From: a virus
Reading direction: 5' to 3' (one strand)
DNA: 46,378 bases
Virus record (IMG/VR): IMGVR_UViG_3300037423_000863
The notes under the pieces were generated by a model that worked only from the letters and a program-made list of their open reading frames with translations, was not told the origin of the DNA and did no database searches. This document shows, in pieces, positions 1 to 9,000 of the stretch (positions within the stretch are counted from its first letter, which is position 1; the number at the start of each line of letters is the position of its first letter). The position numbers and the translations under genes were made by a program.

Positions 1-127
1 GCCCAAATGGGCGTCCGATCTGTCGGATAGTGTCGGCCGATGACGAACGCAGCTCAGAGCGAAACCGCAGTTTTCTGCCGTCCGATGTGTTGGCCGACGC
101 GGCGGAAACGGGTGACGGGACCACCAT
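1..127. repeat. terminal direct repeat, copy 1 (identical to 46252..46378)
   Basis: Read directly: gcccaaatgggcgtccgatctgtcgg...gggaccaccat occurs at both ends. The window begins and ends exactly on it. Confidence 0.95.
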
Positions 128-160
128 CATCGTCTGAATACACGGCTTCGCTTCAATCGC

Positions 161-203
161 AAAAAACCCCGCCACAACAGAGAGTTGGGCGGGGTTTCTC
201 TTT
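161..203. terminator. bidirectional rho-independent terminator
   Basis: aaaaaaCCCCGCCacaacagagagttgGGCGGGGtttctcttt: a 7-bp GC stem flanked by an A6 run and a T-rich run. It lies between the convergent int/rmf-like operon (+) and gene 252..482 (-). Confidence 0.7.
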
Positions 204-227
204 GGCCGACAAGACGACCAACACCGA

Positions 228-250
228 AAATTGGGCGCTAAATTGGGCGC
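228..250. promoter_or_regulatory. two tandem AAATTGGGCGC repeats (candidate integrase arm-type sites)
   Basis: AAATTGGGCGC at 228..238 and 240..250. Related AAATGGGGCGC at 46237..46247 and AAATGGGCG at 46256..46264 (= 5..13). Confidence 0.35.
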
Positions 251-251
251 A

Positions 252-482
252 TCAGGCTGTAAGACCTTTGACTGCCCACATGACCGCTTCCTCGACTTTC
301 GTTCGAGCAAGGGCCGCCTCGCGCGGCGATTTCTGTGCGACATGAAGACCGCAGAGCTGAAGCAACTCCTCGCCCTTGTCCTTGATGGCGACCATCGCCG
401 CCTTCTCTGCTTCGCTCAGGACGCGATACTGATGGCGCACCGTGTTGTTCGCCGTTCGGTCGTCTGACGCGCTGTCGACCAT
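252..482 (-). CDS. small phage protein, 76 aa; possible N4 gp49/Sf6 gp66 (Acb2-like) family
   Basis: Internal ATG at 482 of tracked ORF 252..761. Sequence MVDSASDDRTANNTVRHQYRVLSEAEKAAMVAIKDKGEELL...ALARTKVEEAVMWAVKGLTA. The upstream 93 codons of the tracked ORF are Arg/Ser-rich shadow overlapping gene 502..773. Family call is from motif memory only. Confidence 0.55.
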   Translation of the reverse strand: MVDSASDDRTANNTVRHQYRVLSEAEKAAMVAIKDKGEELLQLCGLHVAQKSPREAALARTKVEEAVMWAVKGLTA

Positions 483-501
483 CTGCGCTTCGTCCGCCAC
501 G

Positions 502-773
502 TCAGCCGCCGATGTGCCGAGCGATGTTGATGATCGCGTTCTCCACAGCGACCTTCGCCGCCTCAACTTCATGCGAGAAGCTGAAGCTGTTGAGGATCGA
601 ACGAACGTGGCCCAGGTTGCCGATGACAGCGATCGCATCGGTTTCGACAGTCGAGAAGACTGCCTTCGCTGCGCCGACGACATCCTGCGCCACGGCTTCG
701 GCCTTCGTTTCAGCTGCCTCTGCGGCGCCGCCAATGGCCTTGCCGACAGACAGCACTGCATCTTCTAGTCCCA
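502..773 (-). CDS. hypothetical protein, 90 aa
   Basis: ATG at 773 preceded by cAGGAGcacccagca. Sequence MGLEDAVLSVGKAIGGAAEAAETKAEAV...NIARHIGG. The longer tracked ORF 502..1014 is shadow upstream of this ATG. Confidence 0.6.
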
Positions 774-802
774 TTGCTGGGTGCTCCTGTTTTTGTAGCG
801 GC

Positions 803-846
803 GGAAACAAAAGGCCGAGCCAGTGCCGCAACGCCAGCTCGGCCTT
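803..846 (-). terminator. rho-independent terminator after the lysis cassette
   Basis: Minus strand reads AAGGCCGAGC-16 nt-GCTCGGCCTT followed by TTTGTTTCC (arms at 811..820 and 837..846). Confidence 0.65.
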
Positions 847-862
847 GAACAGTTGCAAGGCG

Positions 863-1030
863 TTACTTCGCCTTGGTCTTGGGGATGCCGCTGCCGCCCT
901 TGATCCCGCCGCCGTAGCCGCCGCTCGAGCCCGTCGATCCGCCGACAGGCGGGTGGGCGCGCATGATGCGGTAGACGACGAAGATGACGATGGCTGCGAT
1001 TGCGATTGCAGCAAACTGGCCTGCGTTCAT
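863..1030 (-). CDS. small membrane protein, 55 aa (below ORF-track cut-off)
   Basis: AAGGAGAAGaacccc ATG. Sequence MNAGQFAAIAIAAIVIFVVYRIMRAHPPVGGSTGSSGGYGGGIKGGSGIPKTKAK: one TM helix plus a Gly-rich basic tail. Confidence 0.55.
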   Translation of the reverse strand: MNAGQFAAIAIAAIVIFVVYRIMRAHPPVGGSTGSSGGYGGGIKGGSGIPKTKAK

Positions 1031-1068
1031 GGGGTTCTTCTCCTTCTCTCTGCTTTAACAGTCGGGGT

Positions 1069-1530
1069 TCAGCCGTCCGCGAACAGGCTGACGATGGCGT
1101 GGAACAGATGATCCTTGAGCTGCTGATGCTCGGGCAGCCGGTGATACGGGACCAAGCAGGGGTGCTTCAGCGAGCGATGGCACTTGACCGGCCCGTAGGT
1201 GTAGCCCTGAGCGATCTTCGTCCGGCACCAGCTCCGATGCAGCGCCTTGGGCGTCAGGTGCGGGTTGGCTCGCAGCAGGCGGACGCCTTCGATTGCTGAC
1301 AGCTTCACGCCCGGCTCTGCGTTGTTCCAGCTCCGATGGCTGAAGTCGCCGTGACTGAGGCAGAAGGCGCGGTTGGCTTCGTGAGCGATCCGGGCAATCT
1401 CCACGTCCTGCAGCCCGTGGAAGCGGCGCGGCTGCGGCGCTGCGTCCGGCATGAAGAAGTAGCGATGCAGGGACGCGCCCAGCATCAGGCAGGCGATCAT
1501 GACTGCGAGGATCGCGAAAGCGTCGCTCAT
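1069..1530 (-). CDS. membrane-anchored RyR-domain protein
   Basis: N-terminal TM segment MSDAFAILAVMIACLMLGASL. RyR-type motif IARIAHEANRAF...KIAQGYTYGPVKCHRSLKHPCLVPYHRLPEHQQLKD. ATGA overlap with the spanin stop. Confidence 0.6.
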   Translation of the reverse strand: MSDAFAILAVMIACLMLGASLHRYFFMPDAAPQPRRFHGLQDVEIARIAHEANRAFCLSHGDFSHRSWNNAEPGVKLSAIEGVRLLRANPHLTPKALHRSWCRTKIAQGYTYGPVKCHRSLKHPCLVPYHRLPEHQQLKDHLFHAIVSLFADG

Positions 1531-2081
1531 CGGGGTTGCTCCTGTTTCTGAGGAAGCGCGGGCTGGGCAGCCTGCAGCTTGTCGTGCTGCTCTATTGTGC
1601 TTTGGACTTTGGCGCGGAGCCGGTCGTGGTCTTCGGCGAAGTCGAGGAGAACGGAGAAGGGCAGAGCGATAAGCTCGGGCCGTTCTGGATCAGACACCGG
1701 ACCCACGGGAGCATTTCCGGCGACGCCGGCTCCGTCGCGTCGAACGGGAGCGGCGGGGGCGGCGTAGGGGCATACTGCCTTACCTGGGCCGCGCAGCCGC
1801 AGGTCATCAGCATCGCGGCTAATAGCGCGCATCTTTTCATCGTTCTTGCTCCTGATCTTGGCCGTGACCTTGGCCGCGTTCGTCTGGATTTTCTGGACGG
1901 CCGCGAGGACATGTTGCGCTTCGCGTTCCTCGCCCCGCTTCTCAGCGGCGGCGATCTGCCCGTGATACCAATGCAGGCCGCCAGCGAAGGCGGCGGCAAC
2001 GGCGATCGCGATGGCAATGTAGAGCCAATACTTCTTAGCGAAGCCCAGCAGCTTCGCGCCGAGCGAGATTTCTTCGATCAT
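1527..2081 (-). CDS. i-spanin (Rz-like)
   Basis: N-terminal TM (YWLYIAIAIAVAAAFAGGL), then charged coiled-coil-like sequence. Sits directly after the holin (ATGA overlap). Contains an embedded lipoprotein ORF. Confidence 0.6.
   Translation of the reverse strand: MIEEISLGAKLLGFAKKYWLYIAIAIAVAAAFAGGLHWYHGQIAAAEKRGEEREAQHVLAAVQKIQTNAAKVTAKIRSKNDEKMRAISRDADDLRLRGPGKAVCPYAAPAAPVRRDGAGVAGNAPVGPVSDPERPELIALPFSVLLDFAEDHDRLRAKVQSTIEQHDKLQAAQPALPQKQEQPR
1592..1840 (-). CDS. embedded o-spanin (Rz1-like lipoprotein), 82 aa
   Basis: +1-frame ORF inside the i-spanin. AGGAGcaagaacg ATG. MKRCALLAAMLMTCGCAAQ signal/lipobox-like, then Pro-rich PTPPPPLPF. Confidence 0.5.
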   Translation of the reverse strand: MKRCALLAAMLMTCGCAAQVRQYAPTPPPPLPFDATEPASPEMLPWVRCLIQNGPSLSLCPSPFSSTSPKTTTGSAPKSKAQ

Positions 2082-2386
2082 GGCTTGCTCTCCGCATCGA
2101 CTTCGATGCTGCGCGTCCCGTCAGACAGCTTGGTGTTCAGCTTCCCGACCGGGCCGCCGACGAGAAGGCCGACGATGACGATGGTTGTGTTCAGGCAGCC
2201 CGCAGCCGCAAGCCCGGCGAGGATGTAGAGCTGGGTCGGCTGCAGGCTTGGAGCCCAATGGCCGAAGACGACGACGAACGAAGCGACGAGAACCCCGATG
2301 CCGAACGCGATCCCAGCCGCGCCGGCGGCCATGCCGTAGGCGTAGCGCTGGCCTTGCTCGAACGTGGTCGGACGCGGCAGGCTCAC
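2078..2386 (-). CDS. holin (putative, 2-3 TM segments)
   Basis: GTGA overlap with the endolysin stop. Hydrophobic stretches GMAAGAAGIAFGIGVLVASFVVVFG, LYILAGLAAAGCL and TIVIVGLLVGGPVG, then a charged C-terminus. Confidence 0.55.
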   Translation of the reverse strand: MSLPRPTTFEQGQRYAYGMAAGAAGIAFGIGVLVASFVVVFGHWAPSLQPTQLYILAGLAAAGCLNTTIVIVGLLVGGPVGKLNTKLSDGTRSIEVDAESKP

Positions 2387-2994
2387 CGCCAGCCGCCCTC
2401 ATCCAGAGCGTTCTGGAAGGCGATTGCGTAGCCCGCGATGAGCTGCGCCCGGTCGACGCCGTTGATGATCCGGCGGGCTTCAATGAATTCCGTCTGCCCG
2501 GCCGGGCGCGTGTCCGGCAGGAAGGCGTCGAAGCCGTAGCCCGTGAACACGCCTTCATCCATGCCGCGGCGGAGTATCTTCGCGGCGACATCGGGCCGAA
2601 GCGCCAGCTCAGGATGATCCTCGAGCGGCAGGCCGAGCTTCGCGCCCAGGTTCTGATAGTTGGTCCGGCCGGTGAGTTGGACATAGCCGCGCCCGCAGTA
2701 GAGCGCTCCATCACCGGGCCTCACGTTGCCTAGGCGCTTGGCGACATCAGGGCGGCTGCCCTTGATGTCATACATGCGCGTGAAATAGGCCGGGCCCCCG
2801 CACTCGGTAATCGGCTGCATCGTGTGCGCCGTTTCGTGATAGGCGGTCGCCAGCGCGTAAGCGACGTGAGCGATGGGCTCGCTCTGCATGGCCGCGAGGA
2901 TCGCGTTGCAGCCGTCGACTTCGCCTTGCGAAAGGGCTGGCTGAAACAGCGCGACCCTAATATCCGAGTAGAATAGCCCCGGCGCTTGAAGCAT
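2383..2994 (-). CDS. endolysin, glycoside hydrolase family 19-like
   Basis: Motifs AYHETAH and YCGRGYVQLTGRTNY. Start at ATG 2994 is preferred (AGGAGCC 8 nt upstream) over ATG 3021. Confidence 0.8.
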   Translation of the reverse strand: MLQAPGLFYSDIRVALFQPALSQGEVDGCNAILAAMQSEPIAHVAYALATAYHETAHTMQPITECGGPAYFTRMYDIKGSRPDVAKRLGNVRPGDGALYCGRGYVQLTGRTNYQNLGAKLGLPLEDHPELALRPDVAAKILRRGMDEGVFTGYGFDAFLPDTRPAGQTEFIEARRIINGVDRAQLIAGYAIAFQNALDEGGWR

Positions 2995-3054
2995 AAGGTG
3001 TTGGCTCCTGTCTGTCGGCATGGCCTACAACTTCCGACAAACTGGCGCAACCCT

Positions 3055-6000
3055 TTAGTGTCCGCGCTTCTTCCTTTCGACCGGGCCAAACATTCTATCC
3101 AGCATGTGATCGTAAGCGGTCGGGCCGCTCTTGACCTTCTTCCCGTCCGGTCCAAGCGAGCCCTCTTTGGGCCCGACGATGGCCTTGGCCGCCTTCTCTG
3201 CAGCAATCGGGCCGGTGAGCGTCGCCGTGGTCATGCCGCCCAAGGCACTCAGGATCGGGCCGCCCGGAACCGACGAGACGGCAGCACCGATGGCAGGGGC
3301 GACCGCGAAGTTGTAGAGCCCAGCGACCGCGTGGTATTCGGCGGCGTTGGTCTTACGGCTCTGCTGCGGTGCGCGGACGAACGGAATTCGCGACGCCTGT
3401 GGCGAGTAAGAAGGCGTCGGCAAAGCCTTCACGATGCTGACAAGGTTCGTTGCGTCCTGACCGGCATAGGCTCCCGCACCCAGCGACAGGGCCGGATCGC
3501 GGTTGAAGCGCAGCCCGTCCGCCGCGTTGATGTAGTTGTCGAACAGGCCGAGCGAGAACGTGCGGCTCGCCGCCAGCGCCGCGTTGTTCTTCCACCAGGT
3601 TCCTTCTTTGTCCCATTCCTTCTGACGGTCGGGGTTCCAGACGTATTCACGGCTGATGCTCGACATGAATTGCTCAAGGTAAAGCACAGCGGCGCTCAGG
3701 GCCGTTCCCGCCGTCATAGCGCCCAGCAGCAGCCATTGATGGTCCCGAGCCAACCGCGTCCCGCGCTTGAGGTTGCGCTTCAGCAGATGGCGATAGGCGG
3801 CCTGAGAGAAGCCGGTAATTGAATAGGTCGCATAGGACGCCAGCGGGTTCCGGCTCAGTGGCGCGACTTCCGCCGAACCCGGCTTCTGGATCGTCATGAA
3901 GTGCAGCCGGTCCAGAGCAGTGTTGTAGTCGAAGCCTTCCGGTCCCTGCAGCCACTCGTCGGACGGCAGCGCGCCGTTCAAGTCGACAATCTGCTTGGCG
4001 AAGGTCTTCGGGTCGCGGATGCCCAGCTCGCGCATCAGGTTCTCGGCTTCCTTGCCGCGATCCCCTCCATCGACAACGCGATGGGCCATGTCATTGATGA
4101 CGCTGCGACGCCCGACATCGGCAACAGCGGCGTCGGAAACCGCCGTGAGGAAGGTCAGGCCGCTATTGCGAAACAGGCCGCCGGCGAGCCTGTCCCAGCG
4201 GGTCGGGGTGTCGGCGGTCGTTCCGAAGCGATCCAGCGCGCTGAAGTGCTCGAGCAAGTGGTGGCGGATGAAGCCCTGAGCCCGCGCCCATTCCATCATT
4301 TCGTGGCGCTGACCTTTAATCAGGATGCCAGCCCAAGTCTTCGCCAGCGCCTGAGCGCCATGCAGCACGTTGCCGGTCACAACGCCGAGCGTCGACGGTT
4401 CGAAGGTCGACAGCGTGAACGCGCGACCCAGCATTGCCAGCGCGCCTTTGACCCTCAGGAAGCCCAGCGCGTAGTTGACGCCCGGATTGGCGAGGAAGCC
4501 GGTTCGCCTGTAGCGCCCGGACATCCGGTCGACCAACTTCCAGACATAATCGCGGTCCTGAGCCGGGACGCCCTCGCGCGCCATTTGATCGTCCAGCTGC
4601 TGCGCGATCGTCTTTGCGCTTTTCTTCGTGCCAGCGGGTCGGCCGAAGCGCCGGTTCCATTCCGCGCGACGCACCGACTGATGAATGTAATGCACCAACG
4701 ACGAAACCGGGCTGGGATTATAGAAGTCGCGCAGCAGCTCGTCCGCTTCAGCGGGCAGGGCGCGCGGCTTCTCGGAGCTGGGTAGCTTGGTGGTGGGCGT
4801 GTAGTCGGCGAACGTCTCTTGATGCAGGATCGCGTCAAGGTAGTTGTGAGCCGACTGCTGCGCGAAGGCGGAGCGGACATCATCGAACATGTCCGAGACA
4901 AGTCCGGCAATGTCCCCTTCTTCGCCGTCCTCCGCGCGCATCGCCTTCCGCAGCTCTTTATAGCCGTCGATCTTGTGCTGCAGCGCGATGTCGGCAAAGT
5001 CCTGCAGCTTCTCAGGGTCCGCTGCGATGGTTTCAGCGTCCGGGCCCACGTCGCGGTCAAACGCGATTTCATAGACCTTCGTGGCTTGCTCGGTGAATTT
5101 GTGCGGATCGCCAGCCACCAGCTCGCGGTCGGTCTGCCGGTTCAAATAGGCGGAGTCGCGCACATAGCCGATGTCCAGCCCGGCAGCGCGCTGGCTATAC
5201 CAACTGTTATTGAACGCCTTCCTAATGGCGCTGGCGAGAGGCGACAGCCCCATGTCGTCAAAGTTGGGGCTTTGGTCTTCCCGCAGCGTCAAGAGCTTCG
5301 ACAGCGTGTCGTTCTGTTCCCGCGTCAGCTTCGTGTAAACAAACCTGCTGGCGCCGACCTTTTCCAGCTCCGCAAAGACGGGGTTCAGCGCGGCGTTCGT
5401 CTGCATTTCAACGGAGCGCTCCCAAACCCGGCTGACATGGCGCGTCCCGCCCAGGTCAAAAGCAAAGTGGTCATGGATGGTGAGCGCAGCCTTCGACCCC
5501 CAACGGTCGGCGACCATTTTCACGCCATCTGCAGCAGCGGAAAAGCCGAGCGAACGCAGGTTGTTCATCTTCTGCATCGCCGTCATCGGATCTGCAGCGC
5601 GACGCGACCGTTCCTCTTTGTCGACCGCGCGATTGTGAAAAGCCGCGTCCACAGCGTCGAGGTCCGGCGCGATCAGCCGCGACAGGATGTTGCGCGCCTT
5701 GCCGCCTGAGCGCTTCACAGCCGCCTTCTGTTCGGGCGTCGCGACATCGTTGAACCCGGTCGCTTCGGCGAGGCTGGGATCGCCGTGCGCGTCCAGCATG
5801 TTCTCAGCGGCCAGCGAGTTAATCAGCGTCTGGAAGGCGTCGAAGATGCGGGCCCGCTCCTCATCCTTCGGGAAGGTGAGCTTAAAGCGTTCCTCGCTGT
5901 CCGACAGATAGGCGTCGTTGCCCTTGCCGACGAACTCGCTGCCGAGCCCTTCGTTCGCGAGTTTGAACCCGATCCACGCTTCGAAGGCGCGGGCGAGCAT

Positions 6001-9000
6001 TTCGGTCGGGCGCGTCCAATAATCGCCGTCCGCGCCGCCCTTCTTGTTCATGGCGTTCGCGCCCTGCCAATAGCGGCTCTTTTCCTTCGCCCGGCTGCGG
6101 CCGGAAAGGATATTGTCGATTTGGGTCTGCAGCGCGGTCTTCTGCTTGTCCGACTTGGTTTTCTCAATCTGAGCTCGCAGCCGCATGATCTTCAGCGCGA
6201 TGTCCGAACCGTCGAAGAACATCGTGTTCATCAGGTTCACGAATGCCTCTTGCACGTTCCTCGGCTGGAAGTCCGCGCCCTGATCGCGCACCAATCCCGA
6301 CAGGCCGCGCGCCTGCTCGTCCGACACACGGTCCAGCAGGTAATAGTCGAGTGCATGGCCCCATTCGTGGCTGAAGCTGTTGGAGCGCTTCGGCAGCGTG
6401 ATTTCCGCCTGCCCGTGGTTGTAGGAGCCAAGGAAGCTCGCCTTGCCGATGAGCTTCAGCTTCAGCGACCCGCCGAGCGAGAGCGCCTTGGGCGCGATGC
6501 CCAGCACCTTCGCCATCCCCTGCAGCGTCTGATGCGCGTCTAGCAGTTGGTCGATCGCATACTGCAGCGGCATGGACGGGGCGACGGCGACCTTGATCCC
6601 CGTGAGCTTGTCCAGCGCGTCGATCAGCAGCTTCGCCTTCCGCTTCGGCGGCAGGAGGTTGAATTTCTCCTCAGTCAGCCCGAGCGCTTGGATCGCGCTC
6701 GAGTAAGCCGACTGCCGGTTTGTGAACGATGCTTCTTCGAAGGTCGGCTGATAGGCGCCGCGGTCGGTCTTCTGATGAGTGTCGACCGACTGCGGCGCTT
6801 CAGCGTCGCCTAGAAGCTCGTCAGGGGCGGCGGTGGGGGTGGCGTCCCGCCCACGTTCGTCGGCGGCGGCGTCGGCGTCGGGGTTGGCGTCGGCGTCCCC
6901 CCGAAGAAGTGGCCGTGATGCCTGTGAGCCAATCCGAACAGGTCGAACAGGCTCCCGAACATGTCCGGCCTCTGAGCCCGCCATGCGTCGACCGCCGCCT
7001 TCCAGCCGTCGAGGTTGCCCTGATAGTCCTTGATCTTCGGGTGCGCCGTGATCCACTCGCCCAGCGGCCCCATCATGCTCATTACTGAGCCGCTGCCCGG
7101 AGCTGCCGGGGTGCCCGGAGCTGCTGGACCGCCCGGAGACGCCGGGACGGTCACGGTCGTCCCGCTGTTGAGGCTGTTCGCCACTGTGTCGCGCAGCTTC
7201 TGCCGAAGGTCCGCCGGGTTGGCGTATTGCCCCGGTTGAAGCGGAACCCCCGGCCCCGCGAAGATCGTTGGTTCTGCCATTGCCGTTCTCCTTGTCTGCT
7301 AGATGCCCGCCAGCCCGGTCGGGTCGATGACTACCGGCTGCGTTGTCACCACCTTCGGCTGCAGCGCGCTCGCCACTGCCGCCCTCAGGGCCGCGTTGTG
7401 TTGATCCCGGCTCAGGATGGGCGGCGGCGCGACCGGAACCGGCTGCGCCTGTGGCGTCGGCTGAGGAGCCGGTTGCTGATGCTGCGCCTCCATCATCGCC
7501 GGGATGAAGCCCATGCCCGGATTGTGAAGCATTTCCTTTACCGGAGTGTCCTTCTTCATGAGCAGCTGCGGAACTACGCCCAGCATGCCCCGGATTAGGT
7601 CGCCTAGTCCCATTGCCTTGCTCCATATCTAGCAGGGGCGCTTCGCCGCTGCGCTGCTCTAGCAGTCCGTTGAGGATGTCCGCCGGCGACTTGCCGGGGT
7701 GACTTTCGCCGAACATGTCGACGGTCGGCTTCTGCGCCTGAGCTTCGTCGACATAATCCTGCAGGAATTTCGTGACCGCCTTGACGCTGGCAGGGCGCTT
7801 CATGCCGGGCGAATAGAAGGCTTCGATCAGCCGCTCAGTCGTCGGCGACATCTGGCTGAAGGCGTCCTGCTGGCTCAGGATGTCGGCGGGCTTCTCTCCA
7901 CGGTTCCGGGCTTCGGCAACTCGCATGGCTGCGTCGGCGAGGTCGTTGGTGATGTCGTAGTGCTGGCCGATTTCGCCTGACGAGGCTGCCGCGCGCATCT
8001 TCGCCCAGGAGGGAGCCACATTCGCAAGTGAGGACGTGATCGCCCTGATTTCATTGTGGCTGCTCTCCATCAGCTTCTCGAGCAGCTTCGGATGCTCATA
8101 AGCCTTCGCGACTACCGCGTTCTCAATCCGTTCGATGCCCTTGGTCGACAGGCGATCCTTGCTTTCGAGCATGCCGCCGAGGTCGGCAGCCGTGCGGCTT
8201 TTCATGAATTCCGTCACAAAGCCCTTGTTGGCCGTGCTGTTCAGGTCGCCGCCCGCATACTTGCCGAGCATTTCAGGCGTGACGCCATCGGCGTCCGACC
8301 GGGCGCGCTCTACCGGCGACAGCTCTAGCTTGTTGTCGGTGTTGCTCTCGACAACGAACTGCCGCGCTTCCTCGGGCGTCATGTCCTGAGTGACGCGCCG
8401 GATGAGAACCGGGCGATCCATCCCCTCGGTGCTGAAGCCCTGACTTTCAATGAAGCGCTTGTAGGCGTCCGCCTTGTCGGGGTGCGCGTCATAGATGTTG
8501 TTGATCGCGAGCACGCGGCCATTGCCGGACAGAACCGTGTGGTCCGGCGCGACGATGGGCGCACCGCGATCGCTCGAAGGATCGCTGCCCAGCAGCTCGG
8601 GGTCGAACTTGCCAACGATGTCTTGCACCTGAAGCGCGGTCGTGTCTTTGCTGCGGTCGCGGTTCTGAAGGCTGCCGGTTGCCTTGTTGAGCGTCGCCGC
8701 GTCAACGACTTCCATCCGCGTCCGAACCTTGTTGCCCGCCGGGGTGCGAACGTGTTGCTCGCCGTCCTGCAGCGGCTGGGGCTCGCTCGGCTTCGCCGTG
8801 GCAAGGGCCGGAACGTCGCCAGCCGTCCCGGCGGAGCCCGGCCCATTGCCCTCCGCTGGCGCGACACTGGCAACAGGCTCGGGCGCAGGCAGCTTCGGCA
8901 CAGGAGCAGTGGCCGGGCCGCCCGAAGGCTTCGCTGGCACAAGGTCAGCGAAAGGATTGGCTTCAGGCGCCGGGAGCTGCGGCGCTCCATCGGGAGCCAT

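Noticed and set aside
40-467. Plus-strand ORFs 40..345 and 231..467 crossing the terminal repeat and att region.
   Set aside because: They span a terminator hairpin and the att-type repeats, have odd composition and lack an RBS. The region is better explained as non-coding plus the minus-strand gene 252..482.
6810-6900. The (TP)5 and poly-Pro tail considered as a collagen-like or tandem-repeat feature of its own.
   Set aside because: It is short low-complexity sequence produced by a GACGCC-type DNA repeat that reads well in two frames. It is relevant only as part of the frame-transition finding.
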